A stretch of 32,000 nucleotides of DNA from Ktedonobacterales bacterium (GTDB taxonomy: Bacteria > Chloroflexota > Ktedonobacteria > Ktedonobacterales > JADMIN01), in the NCBI GenBank assembly GCA_030167145.1, contig CP126532.1, forward strand, positions 390,001 through 422,000, in the 5' to 3' direction. Made by a program: the position numbers and the translations under genes. This document shows positions 1 through 8,759 of the stretch, in pieces (positions within the stretch are counted from its first letter, which is position 1; every line of letters begins with the position of its first letter). The notes under the pieces were generated by a model. It ran no database searches. It saw only the letters and a list, made by a program, of their open reading frames with translations, and had not been told where the DNA came from.

Positions 1-2
1 CC

Positions 3-2222
3 ATGCCCGATAAGGCTCCCCACGCAGACAAGTCCCCTCACAAAGGGCACACAAGCACACGACACCGGCTGAATGCCCCAGACCTCTATATCAACCGCGA
101 GATCTCGCAACTCGCGTTTATTCGGCGCGTGTTGGAAGAGGCGCAATCCGAACGCCATCCGCTGCTGGAGCGGATCAAGTTTCTGGCATTCGTGAGCTTG
201 CAACTCGATGAATTCGTGAGTATTCGGGTCGCTGGTCTGTACGATCAGTTGGAAGCTCAGGTGCGAGACTCTGGGCCTGACGGCATGACAGCCGAGCAGT
301 TGCTGCCGAAGCTTCGCCCGCTCATCGAGAGCTTAGCGCGCGACCAATCGGCATATTTTAAGCACACACTCTTGCCGAATCTGTTGAATGCGGGGATTGA
401 GATCGTAGATCATGCGCATCTGACACGCGGGCAGAGGGAATCGTTGACAACCTACTTCAAGCGCGATGTGTTGCCAGTGCTGACACCGCTTGGATTGGAT
501 TTAGCGCACCCGTTTCCCCATATTTCCAGCCGAAGTCTCAATTTAGCAGTTACATTGCGTGATGCGGATGCTGGCGAGCTGTTTGCGAGAGTGAAGGTCC
601 CAGCGACGTTGCCACGGTTGGTGCCTGTGCTGATGAATGGCCATGAGCGCAACGGGAATGGTAAGTCGCGCACGCAGAACCGGTACGTCTTCGTCTGGCT
701 AGAGCAACTCATTGCCGCGCACCTTGGCTTGCTTTTTCCTGGTATCAAGGTGATTGCTTCGTATCCGTTCCGTGTCTTGCGCGATGCTGATCTGGAGATT
801 CAGAACGATGAGGCTGACGATTTGTTGGTGACAGTGGAGGAGGGGCTACGTCAGCGACGCTTTGGCTCGGTCGTCAGTTTGGTGGTGCAGTCGGAGATGC
901 CGGCGAAAGTGCGTGAACTCCTGAAGGAGCATCTCGAAATCGGTGCGGATGAGATGTACGAGATGGAAGGGCCGCTTGGCCTGGGCGACCTGATGCAACT
1001 ACTGGAATTGAATCGGCCTGATCTGAAAGATGCGCCGATTAGCGCACGAGTGCCCGTGGAACTGCGGTATGGGCAAGATCCGTTCGCCGTGATCCGCAAA
1101 GGCGATTTGCTGCTGCATCATCCCTATGATGCCTTTAGCTCCGTATCTGAATTCATTGAGGCTGCCGCGCGTGACCCACAAGTGCTGGCGATCAAGCAAA
1201 CGCTCTATCGTGTTGGGAGCAAGTCGAGGATTGTTGATGCGTTGATGGAAGCCAATGAGCGCGGCAAGCAAGTGGCAGTGTTGGTGGAGTTGAAGGCGCG
1301 CTTCGATGAAGAGAACAATATTGAATGGGCACGTGCTTTGGAGAAAGCTGGGGTGCATGTCATCTACGGGCAGGTAGATCTGAAGACACATGCGAAGGTG
1401 GCCCTGGTTGTGCGGCGCGAGGCAAACGGACTGCAACGTTATGTGCATCTGGGCACAGGCAATTATAACGCCTCGACGGCACGAGTGTATGAGGACTTCG
1501 CATTGCTGACCTGTCGGCCAGATATTGGCGAGGATGCTACACAACTCTTCAACGCGCTCACGGGATTCGCACGCGGGCTTATCTATTCTAAATTGCTGGT
1601 GGCGCCGGGGTCGCTACGGCAGGGGCTGGTGCGGCGCATCGAGCGCGAGATCGAGCGACATAAGGCGGGCGGTCAGGGGCATATGATTCTCAAGACGAAC
1701 AATCTGGTGGATGCCGGCATTATTCAGTGGCTGTATCGCGCGTCTCAGGCGGGAGTACGAATTGATCTGATTGTGCGCGGGATCTGCTGCTTGCGTCCAG
1801 GCGTGCCGGAGGTGAGTGAGAATATTCGCGTGGTGAGCCTTGTCGGCAGATTTCTGGAACATAGTCGCATCTACTATTTCGCGAATGGCGGGATAGGTGA
1901 TGATGAGGTGCTGACAGGCAGTGCGGACTTGATGCCGCGCAATCTCGACCACCGGGTCGAGGTGGTATTCCCCATCGAGGATCGCGGCTTACGTGGGTAT
2001 ATTACACAGGTGGTCCTGCCAGCATATCTTAAGGACACGGCGAATGCTCAACTCTTGCTTACTGACGGTGTGTATGAGCGCCTCAAGCCAGCGAAAGGTG
2101 AGCCTCCGTTTGATGAGCAGATATGGTTCGCGCAGGAGGGGCAGCAGCAGCAGCAGCGCGACATAGAGACGCCGCTTGCGTTGCATTCGGTCGAGCCACC
2201 CACTGAGATGCAGACCGCTTGA
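3..2222 (+). CDS. ppk: Polyphosphate kinase 1 (PPK1)
   Basis: 739-aa ORF. It carries the PPK N-domain signature 'YINREISQLAFIRRVLEEA', the phospho-histidine motif 'DLKTHAKVALVVRRE' and a second HKD-like motif 'RFLEHSRIYYF'. The ATG at 3 is 2 nt from the window edge, so the true start could lie upstream. The C-terminal tail contains (CAG)5 = QQQQQ at 2142-2156. Confidence 0.95.
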   Translation: MPDKAPHADKSPHKGHTSTRHRLNAPDLYINREISQLAFIRRVLEEAQSERHPLLERIKFLAFVSLQLDEFVSIRVAGLYDQLEAQVRDSGPDGMTAEQLLPKLRPLIESLARDQSAYFKHTLLPNLLNAGIEIVDHAHLTRGQRESLTTYFKRDVLPVLTPLGLDLAHPFPHISSRSLNLAVTLRDADAGELFARVKVPATLPRLVPVLMNGHERNGNGKSRTQNRYVFVWLEQLIAAHLGLLFPGIKVIASYPFRVLRDADLEIQNDEADDLLVTVEEGLRQRRFGSVVSLVVQSEMPAKVRELLKEHLEIGADEMYEMEGPLGLGDLMQLLELNRPDLKDAPISARVPVELRYGQDPFAVIRKGDLLLHHPYDAFSSVSEFIEAAARDPQVLAIKQTLYRVGSKSRIVDALMEANERGKQVAVLVELKARFDEENNIEWARALEKAGVHVIYGQVDLKTHAKVALVVRREANGLQRYVHLGTGNYNASTARVYEDFALLTCRPDIGEDATQLFNALTGFARGLIYSKLLVAPGSLRQGLVRRIEREIERHKAGGQGHMILKTNNLVDAGIIQWLYRASQAGVRIDLIVRGICCLRPGVPEVSENIRVVSLVGRFLEHSRIYYFANGGIGDDEVLTGSADLMPRNLDHRVEVVFPIEDRGLRGYITQVVLPAYLKDTANAQLLLTDGVYERLKPAKGEPPFDEQIWFAQEGQQQQQRDIETPLALHSVEPPTEMQTA

Positions 2223-2273
2223 GAGGGTTCGGCTGTTCCATGGCGTCAAGTTGCCTGCGAGAGGAGGATGGCG

Positions 2274-3266
2274 ATGAAGGATACCCGCTATGCGTTGGGG
2301 ATTGATGTCGGCGGTACGAAGATTTACGCTGGAGTCATCGCCCTGGAGACGGGGGAGGTGGTGGGGTCGGCACGCAAGCGCACGCATCCAGAGCGCGGGG
2401 CAGATTTCTTCACCAAGCGCCTGCAAGAGGTCGCCGCAGATGCTCTGGAATCGGTGCATCTGCCCAGCACGGCGCAGGTCGCGGCTATCGGCGTGGGCCT
2501 GGCTGGGCAGGTAGACCGAGAGCGCGGGCTGCTGCGCGGCGCGCCGAATCTGGCGCGAGGCGTGGAGGATCTTCCGTTGCGCGACTTGCTGGAAAAAGCA
2601 TTCGATCTCCCGGTGATTCTGGGCAATGATGCAGAGGTGGCGACCTACGGTGAGCAACACTATGGGGCAGGCCGCGAATGCGACGATTTCATTTGCATCT
2701 ATGTGGGCACGGGTATCGGGTCGGCCATTGTGCACAAGGGCGTGTTGCGGCGTGGCGCAACGGGAACAGCGGGCGAGATTGGGCATACCGTCGTGCAGTA
2801 TGGCGGAAGGATGTGTGGCTGTGGTGGACGTGGCCATTTGGAAGCGTATGCGTCGCGCTCAGCGATCACCAAGGTGCTGTTCGCGGAACTTGCGCGGGGG
2901 CGCACGTCGAAATTGCAGGACTACCTGAAACCTGATGAAACGGCGATTCGCTCGAAGACCATCGCCCGGTGTGAGGAGGAGAAAGATCCGCTGATGCTGG
3001 AGACGCTCAGCGAGGCAGCGGACTATCTCGGCGCGGGATTAGGGTCGCTGGCAAGCTTTCTGAATCCGTCGCGGATCATCATAGGTGGCGGACTGATCGA
3101 GGGGACAACGTTCCTCTTCGAGCGCGCCAGCCTGCGCGCACGCGAAGTGGCGCTGCCCGTGCCGGGGCGCGCGCTGGAGATCGTGCGCACTGGTCTGGGC
3201 GACGATGGAGGTATCGTCGGCGCTGCCTGGATGGCGGTACACATGCGTCCAAAGAAAGACAGCTAA
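2274..3266 (+). CDS. ROK-family sugar kinase (glucokinase-like)
   Basis: Actin-fold ATP motif 'ALGIDVGGTKIYAGV', 'LGNDAEVATYGE', and ROK zinc-site region 'GHTVV..CGCGGRGHLEAY'. The ORF track starts at ATG 2268, but GAGGAGG (2261-2267) abuts that codon. ATG 2274, with about 6-nt spacing, is therefore preferred. Confidence 0.85.
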   Translation: MKDTRYALGIDVGGTKIYAGVIALETGEVVGSARKRTHPERGADFFTKRLQEVAADALESVHLPSTAQVAAIGVGLAGQVDRERGLLRGAPNLARGVEDLPLRDLLEKAFDLPVILGNDAEVATYGEQHYGAGRECDDFICIYVGTGIGSAIVHKGVLRRGATGTAGEIGHTVVQYGGRMCGCGGRGHLEAYASRSAITKVLFAELARGRTSKLQDYLKPDETAIRSKTIARCEEEKDPLMLETLSEAADYLGAGLGSLASFLNPSRIIIGGGLIEGTTFLFERASLRAREVALPVPGRALEIVRTGLGDDGGIVGAAWMAVHMRPKKDS

Positions 3267-3412
3267 CCTGCGTTGGCGCGGAGCGGGAAGCAGATATAGC
3301 TACCAGGCTGGGAACTTTGCTACCCATTCCGCACACGTCATATCCTGGCTTGCAAGGCGAATATGCCAGCGGCCATCAGCGGCATGGTAAGCCGCGACAT
3401 CGAGGCCAGCTA

Positions 3413-4576
3413 TCAGGGGGCGAAGAGCGTTTGCCAGTAGCCGTTATGTTTGCTGCAAACGCCGACGATGCCACCCGATTTACTGTACATGCCGTCCTTG
3501 CATTCAACTACATAGCCTGTTTGGGTCGCGAACCTGGGCACACAGGTGAAGTACACGCCATTGCAGAAGTTGGCTGGCGGGGAAAATATCTGCTTGCAGC
3601 AGGTGAAATTGTAACCCCAGGGGTTGCAGTTGACGGCAGGGCATGGTGTAGGGGTGGGAGGGACGGGCGTGGCAGTCGGCTGAGGGCGTGGGGTGGCGGT
3701 AGGCGCTGAGGTTGGGATCGCGGTCGGCTGTGGTGTGCTGGTGGGCACAGTGGTGTTGGTGGCGGTAGGAAGCGATGTCGCCGTCGCTGAAAGACCTGTT
3801 TGGCCGATCTGCCCGGCAACAGGCGCTGCCCCACTGATGCCGGTGTTGCCGACCATGCCGCCAAGGAATTGCGAGCCAAGGAGCGCGCAGAGAGCAAGGA
3901 TGATCACCAGTGCGCCGCACCCGACACCGGAGCCGATGCCCAGCCGTGCGGAGCGCGGCGCGCGACGGAAACGTTCCAGCAGCAATCCTGGCAGGCGCAG
4001 TGGCCCAGCGGCGGATGTGGCCTGAATCGCCGGAAGAATCGGGCGTGTAACCGATGGCATCGGAGGGCGTTGCAGCGGCGCACTGGGCGGTCGCTCGACA
4101 CGTGGAATCGGCGGGCGCTGGATCGGGTGCGTCAATTGCCCAGATTTGTCAGCGCGCTGTATCACCCAGGGTGGCAATTCTGGCCCCAGCCAGTCTGAGG
4201 ACGGAACAGCGGGCGTGGGGGTCTGTTCTGCGGCGGTAGCAGGTGCCGCGGTATCTGGAGTGGCAACTGGCAGGCTCGCTGCGTCATGCGCTCTGGGCGA
4301 CTTACTAACCGCAGCAGGGAAGCCGAGCATGTTGGCAACTTTCGTCGCAGTGGCTGCGCTCACCCAGTCCGCGCGAAGGCGCGCACCAGCGTTGTCGGAG
4401 AGCACGATGGCGCGCAGCAATCCGCCGTATAGCGACAGAATCGCCACTGCGGATATTTCCGTCCTGGCCAGACGTACTGAGCGTATGGGGGACGTAGCGG
4501 CGAGGCGCACCTCATCATCGGTGATGATGAGGCGACCTTGCTTGCAACGTAGAGTGAGCGGCGCGGAAGTTGCCAT
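3413..4576 (-). CDS. Single-pass membrane protein: N-terminal PH-like domain, Pro-rich linker, TM helix, Pro/Thr-rich linker, C-terminal 8-Cys domain with DUF3761-like end
   Basis: 387-aa ORF with one hydrophobic helix 'GVGCGALVIILALCALLGSQFLGG'. The PT linker reads 'PTSTPQPTAIPTSAPTATPRPQPTATPVPPTPTP'. The C-terminus 'ECKDGMYSKSGGIVGVCSKHNGY' resembles the DUF3761 C-x-DG-x-S-x-S...G-x-CS-x-HGG pattern (recalled from memory). Only a weak SD (AAGGG) precedes ATG 4576. Confidence 0.6.
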   Translation of the reverse strand: MATSAPLTLRCKQGRLIITDDEVRLAATSPIRSVRLARTEISAVAILSLYGGLLRAIVLSDNAGARLRADWVSAATATKVANMLGFPAAVSKSPRAHDAASLPVATPDTAAPATAAEQTPTPAVPSSDWLGPELPPWVIQRADKSGQLTHPIQRPPIPRVERPPSAPLQRPPMPSVTRPILPAIQATSAAGPLRLPGLLLERFRRAPRSARLGIGSGVGCGALVIILALCALLGSQFLGGMVGNTGISGAAPVAGQIGQTGLSATATSLPTATNTTVPTSTPQPTAIPTSAPTATPRPQPTATPVPPTPTPCPAVNCNPWGYNFTCCKQIFSPPANFCNGVYFTCVPRFATQTGYVVECKDGMYSKSGGIVGVCSKHNGYWQTLFAP

Positions 4577-4608
4577 AACACCAGCCCTTTGTATGCACTG
4601 CTGTCATA

Positions 4609-5754
4609 TTAGCTGGTGAGTAGCGCAGAATCAATCAGATAGGACGCTTCGGCCCCATAGAGCAGAAACCTGCCCGATCCGCAGATGAGCAGCGGACCAG
4701 GCACAGGCAACTCGCCTAGATTTACATCTTTGCCAGTCAGCAGGTTCGTCAAGTGAAGTGTTTCTGGGTCAGTGGCGATGTCGGTCCATGCGACCCAATT
4801 GGTGGAGATGACCTCGATGTTACCATCTATCACGATGCGAGTATCGCGCGTCACCTGGCCTGTGATGACGTCCACGATCAGCATATCGTCATCGGAGGTG
4901 GCGCCCAGTATGGCATGTGGCCCCACCCAGAGCAGCGGATCAGCCGCAATCGCCGCCGCTGGATAGGGCAGCAGACTCGCCCCTGTTAGCAGCATGGTGC
5001 GGTCTCCAGAGTCGGCGTGGACGACGAGTACCTTTCCATCGGGTGATGTGGCTGGCCCCTCGGAGGGCGGGCGCAGTTCACCGACATCGGCATGCGTGAG
5101 AAACACCGATGTGCCATCGGCTGGGTTTGCCGTATAGAGGCTTGAATCAACCGGAGAGTAATAGATGATGCGGCCCGCCTGCCAGCCGAGAAAAGTAGCG
5201 GCGGAGGCTATGATGCGCGGCTGGCCACCAGTGCGGGGTACAACAGCGACGGAGTTCGCCGCAGCGGCGGCGCCTGGCTCGGTGGCAGCAAGCCACTTGC
5301 CATCGGACGAAGATGCGGGATCAATGCCCACTAAACCAGTGGGTGACAGATGACCATGCGTGTCCATTATGGCGATTGCGCCCGCGTCTTTGACATTGGA
5401 GGGAGACCTCCAGACGAATAAGCCCGATGAGTCGGGAAGCCATACCGCATTAAGATAGGGTCCAGTAGACGAGGTGTAGGTGGCAAGAGACTGGCCGTTC
5501 AAGCTGAAGAGTTTTAGGGCCTTAGACGTAAGATCGGCAACCATGGTGCCGTTGGGAGAAGGCGACAGCGCACCATTGGCAACAATCGCAAGCTTTTGAA
5601 TACCTACATGGAGTGGAATGGTGGTGGGTGCGGGAAATGCGGTCCGGGGCGTGTTGCGAGAGGACGAGGAGATATACGCCGCAGTAGCGCAGGTCAACAC
5701 GAGAAAGATCGCCACCAACCCTACGGTTCGAGTTTGCCATTTCGATTGTTTCAC
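4609..5754 (-). CDS. Membrane-anchored/secreted beta-propeller-like protein (PD40/TolB-like repeats), function unknown
   Basis: 381-aa ORF with a GTG start preceded by GAGGAG (plus-strand ctcctc 5761-5766) at 6-nt spacing. The N-terminal signal/anchor is 'TVGLVAIFLVLTCATAAY'. Repeated 'S(P/S)DGK'-type turns ('SSSDGKWLA', 'TSPDGKVLV') are typical of PD40-like blades. It lies 32 nt upstream of the 3413-4576 gene. Confidence 0.65.
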   Translation of the reverse strand: MKQSKWQTRTVGLVAIFLVLTCATAAYISSSSRNTPRTAFPAPTTIPLHVGIQKLAIVANGALSPSPNGTMVADLTSKALKLFSLNGQSLATYTSSTGPYLNAVWLPDSSGLFVWRSPSNVKDAGAIAIMDTHGHLSPTGLVGIDPASSSDGKWLAATEPGAAAAANSVAVVPRTGGQPRIIASAATFLGWQAGRIIYYSPVDSSLYTANPADGTSVFLTHADVGELRPPSEGPATSPDGKVLVVHADSGDRTMLLTGASLLPYPAAAIAADPLLWVGPHAILGATSDDDMLIVDVITGQVTRDTRIVIDGNIEVISTNWVAWTDIATDPETLHLTNLLTGKDVNLGELPVPGPLLICGSGRFLLYGAEASYLIDSALLTS

Positions 5755-5891
5755 ACACTGCTCCTCACAAGAGTGGGTTTGCGGATCTCAGCAAAGAGTT
5801 GGTCAGTTCTCAGCTACTATGAGGAACGAGCAGCACAGCAGGAGAGGTACATATCTTGCGTTATGGGCCGATGTGGGGGAACCCACGGATC

Positions 5892-5924
5892 GCCAAGGAT
5901 TGGCGTGCTCTGCCAAGGATGGCG
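5892..5924. repeat. Two tandem copies of GCCAAGGAT(T)GGCG, each a mini-hairpin, 20-nt period
   Basis: Copy 1 is 5892-5905 (with C5891 it forms CGCCAA-gga-TTGGCG, a perfect 6-bp stem). Copy 2 is 5912-5924 (GCCA-agga-TGGC). Both sit inside the 5755-6215 non-coding gap. Confidence 0.35.
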
Positions 5925-6215
5925 GTTTCTGCGTTTGAAGGATCAATATGTGAGGTGCGGGCATCGCTGGCTCGAAGACGCTCCACGTTCTCTGCTCCGA
6001 TGCAAAACGCCCCATTTCGTCGAACAATAGCATTCTCACTCAACTTATTGTATTGTATGATCGTATGCAGTTCAGTGACAATTCCATTAACATCGTGTCT
6101 GGTTGTTTCCCAAGCAGAGGCAGTTTGGCATGCCTTTGTCTCTCCCTTCTTCAGAATGTCGTACTATAGGTGAGAGGTGTTCTCTTATCGTGTCCTCGAT
6201 TGCGAGGTGGCGGGA

Positions 6216-8759
6216 ATGGGCGGCACGGCTCGTGAGCAACGAACGCGGCTCGCAATTATAACAAGCAACACGCAGCAAGAGCCAGCCACGCCGCAAGGCG
6301 TCGCGCGAACCTGTTTCGGGTTCTGCGGATTTCGCCTGCTGGCGGTGGCGCCGGGTGGTCAACAGACGCGGCTCGCACATCAGGCGCAACTGCTGACGCG
6401 CCTTTCCCGCGCGACACGAGGGCTGCCAACAGCGAACCGGGCCATTGAATTGCGGTACATCGTCCGGCCAGGGACGGTGGAGAGTGTGTGGCGCGATCAG
6501 GTAGAATGCTATCTGCTAGCGCGCGTCTCGTGCTGGCACGAGGCGCGAGTGACATTGCGCGGTCAGGTTGAGACATTTTGCACGGATCTGCGACATCTGC
6601 TGGGCAACACACTGCCACATTACCGCTTCGAGGCTCTGGCGTCGGTCAGTGAGTTGCGTGGGGCGCTCCAGCCTTTTACATCCGTAGATACCATAGAGGT
6701 ACGACACCGGCTCTCTGCGCCTACCGCCGCCGGGAGCGCTCCGATAGTAGACATGCTGCCCCTACCACTGCTCGGCGTTCCCGATGTTGACACGATTGTT
6801 GATCTGATGCTGCACCAACCGGAACCGTCGGCGGTCTCGTTCTGCTTTGAGCCGCTACCAGTGGACGCCGATCTGCCGCTCGTGACGCAAGAAGAAGGAG
6901 CATCGCGCGAGCCAGAGGCGATTGTCGGTGCGGTTGCCAGGCAGGCGCTGTTTGGTGAGCAGTTGAGTGTACAGGCACTAACACGTGTTCATGAGGATCG
7001 CTCGATGCTGCGGTGGCAGGCGCAACACTTGGCGGCGCTGCGGCAGCGAGCATTCCGGCTGCGCATTCAGATTGCGAGCGCGGGTGAGATTAGTGATGCC
7101 CTTGTTGCGACCTTGGTCGGCGAGGTCGGAGGGCCAGGGCGGCTCACTGCGGATGCGGCATGGCAAGATCCCACGCTGCCGCTCGCGGGCGGGGCCGAAT
7201 GGGTGCGTCCACGATCAGCGAGGTTGCGTGGCAAGAGCCAAAGTGAGTTTGCCACTGCGGTAGGAAACTGGCGCACTTTGGGGTTCCAGCCATGGGGAGA
7301 GGCTATGACGGCGGCCAGCGTGGCTGGCCTCTCGTTCTTAGCCGATCTAGGCGAGGCGACGCGGCTTTTTGCACTGCCCACAGCGGCGACATGGTTGCCG
7401 GCGCAGCATGCCGCACTGGCATTGCCATTCCGCGGAGGGGTACACGATGGGTTACGGCTTGGCGTGAGCCGTGTGCGCGATACCGAACGCGAGGTGCTCG
7501 TGTCCCATGAGTCGCGGATTCATCATCTCTGGATGGTTGGGCAGACTGGCACGGGAAAGTCAACGCTACTTGAATCGCTGATCGAGCAGGACATTCACGC
7601 CGGACGCGGCGTGATCGTGATTGATCCGCATGGCGATCTGATCCGGCAAGTACTAGGGCGTATACCCGCCGCACGTACACGCGACGTAATCCTGTTCGAC
7701 CCAGCGGATACCGCATATCCAGTTGGCATCAATCCGCTGGCCGCGCAAGGCGAAGACGCGCAAGCATTGGTGGTCAGCTCGTTCATTGGGCTGCTGACCA
7801 AGCTGTATGATCCGTATCATCAGGGGATTGTCGGGCCACGCTTCGAGCATGCCGCCCGCAATGGCTTGCTGACCGTGATGGCGAACGGTGGCACCTTGAT
7901 CGAGGTGGTGCGTGTCTTTCAAGATGACTCGTTCGTTGCGAAACTGTTGCCCCAGGTCACCGATCCACTGGTGAAACGCTACTGGACGGATCAAATCGCA
8001 CGAACAAGCGATTTCCATCGTAGTGAGGTGCTGGATTGGATCGTGTCGAAGTTTGGCCATTTTGTCACCGATCCCACCTTGCGGCGCATTTTGGGCCAGA
8101 CAAAGAGCAGCTTCTCATTCCGCGAGGCGATGGATAGTGGCAAAATCGTGCTCTTGAGTCTTGCGAAGGGTCTGCTCGGCAGCGACAACGCAAATTTCCT
8201 GGGATTGATCTTACTGCCGATGGTGTTGCACGCGGCGCTTTCACGGGCGGATCTCCCGCTCACCCAGCGGCGCGACGTGTCGCTGTATGTGGATGAGTTC
8301 CAGAATTATGCGACGGATAGCCTGGCGCTGATGCTGGCAGAGGCGCGTAAGTATAAACTTGCGCTGATGCTGGCAAACCAGCATGTGGGTCAACTCACAC
8401 AGGAAGTCCGTGACGCCGTTGTGGGAAATGCTGGAAATTTGCTGTCGTTTCGTGTGGGAGCGAGTGATGCTGCGGCAATGGAACGCATCTTTTCACCGTC
8501 TCCGGTAAGCACGGAGCACCTCATCGGTCTGCCAAACTTCACCGCATACGGACGCTTGCTCATTGCTGGCCAGCATACCCCCGTATTCACATTGGAGACT
8601 GAGCCGATCACCAGCCGGTGGAGCAAAGCACGTGCAGAGGCTATTCGCGCATACACTCGCAAGACGTATGGGCGACCGCGCTCGGTGGTGGATGAGGAAA
8701 TCAACGAGCGCGCACACCTGAACGATGCACCTACACGTCGCAGTGGATTCAGCCTGTAG
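6216..8759 (+). CDS. Soluble P-loop NTPase of the type IV coupling protein / HerA-DUF87 / TraG-D_C class, with a large uncharacterised N-terminal region
   Basis: Walker A 'GQTGTGKS' at 7539-7562 followed by 'VIVIDPHGDL'. Walker B 'LYVDEF' has its D-E at 8292-8297. 'ARKYKLALMLANQHVGQL' is TraD/TraG-C-like. No TM helices are evident. The ORF track starts at GTG 6177, but ATG 6216 is preceded by GAGGTGG (6204-6210) at 5-nt spacing and is preferred. Confidence 0.8.
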   Translation: MGGTAREQRTRLAIITSNTQQEPATPQGVARTCFGFCGFRLLAVAPGGQQTRLAHQAQLLTRLSRATRGLPTANRAIELRYIVRPGTVESVWRDQVECYLLARVSCWHEARVTLRGQVETFCTDLRHLLGNTLPHYRFEALASVSELRGALQPFTSVDTIEVRHRLSAPTAAGSAPIVDMLPLPLLGVPDVDTIVDLMLHQPEPSAVSFCFEPLPVDADLPLVTQEEGASREPEAIVGAVARQALFGEQLSVQALTRVHEDRSMLRWQAQHLAALRQRAFRLRIQIASAGEISDALVATLVGEVGGPGRLTADAAWQDPTLPLAGGAEWVRPRSARLRGKSQSEFATAVGNWRTLGFQPWGEAMTAASVAGLSFLADLGEATRLFALPTAATWLPAQHAALALPFRGGVHDGLRLGVSRVRDTEREVLVSHESRIHHLWMVGQTGTGKSTLLESLIEQDIHAGRGVIVIDPHGDLIRQVLGRIPAARTRDVILFDPADTAYPVGINPLAAQGEDAQALVVSSFIGLLTKLYDPYHQGIVGPRFEHAARNGLLTVMANGGTLIEVVRVFQDDSFVAKLLPQVTDPLVKRYWTDQIARTSDFHRSEVLDWIVSKFGHFVTDPTLRRILGQTKSSFSFREAMDSGKIVLLSLAKGLLGSDNANFLGLILLPMVLHAALSRADLPLTQRRDVSLYVDEFQNYATDSLALMLAEARKYKLALMLANQHVGQLTQEVRDAVVGNAGNLLSFRVGASDAAAMERIFSPSPVSTEHLIGLPNFTAYGRLLIAGQHTPVFTLETEPITSRWSKARAEAIRAYTRKTYGRPRSVVDEEINERAHLNDAPTRRSGFSL

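Noticed and set aside
1989-2837. 282-aa minus-strand ORF spanning the ppk/ROK junction
   Set aside because: It is antisense to two motif-supported genes and crosses their intergenic region. It has no recognisable domain.
3640-3800. Repetitive-looking DNA encoding PTxP units, and the (CAG)5 run at 2142-2156, considered as tandem repeats or a CRISPR-like array
   Set aside because: Both are in-frame low-complexity coding sequence: a Pro/Thr linker and a polyQ tail. There is no spacer/repeat periodicity.
6216-8759. Interpreting the coupling-protein-like ATPase as a marker of an integrated conjugative element
   Set aside because: The window contains no relaxase, VirB4/TraC, pilin, integrase, repeat boundaries or tRNA target. 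The protein also lacks the N-terminal TM anchor of T4CPs.
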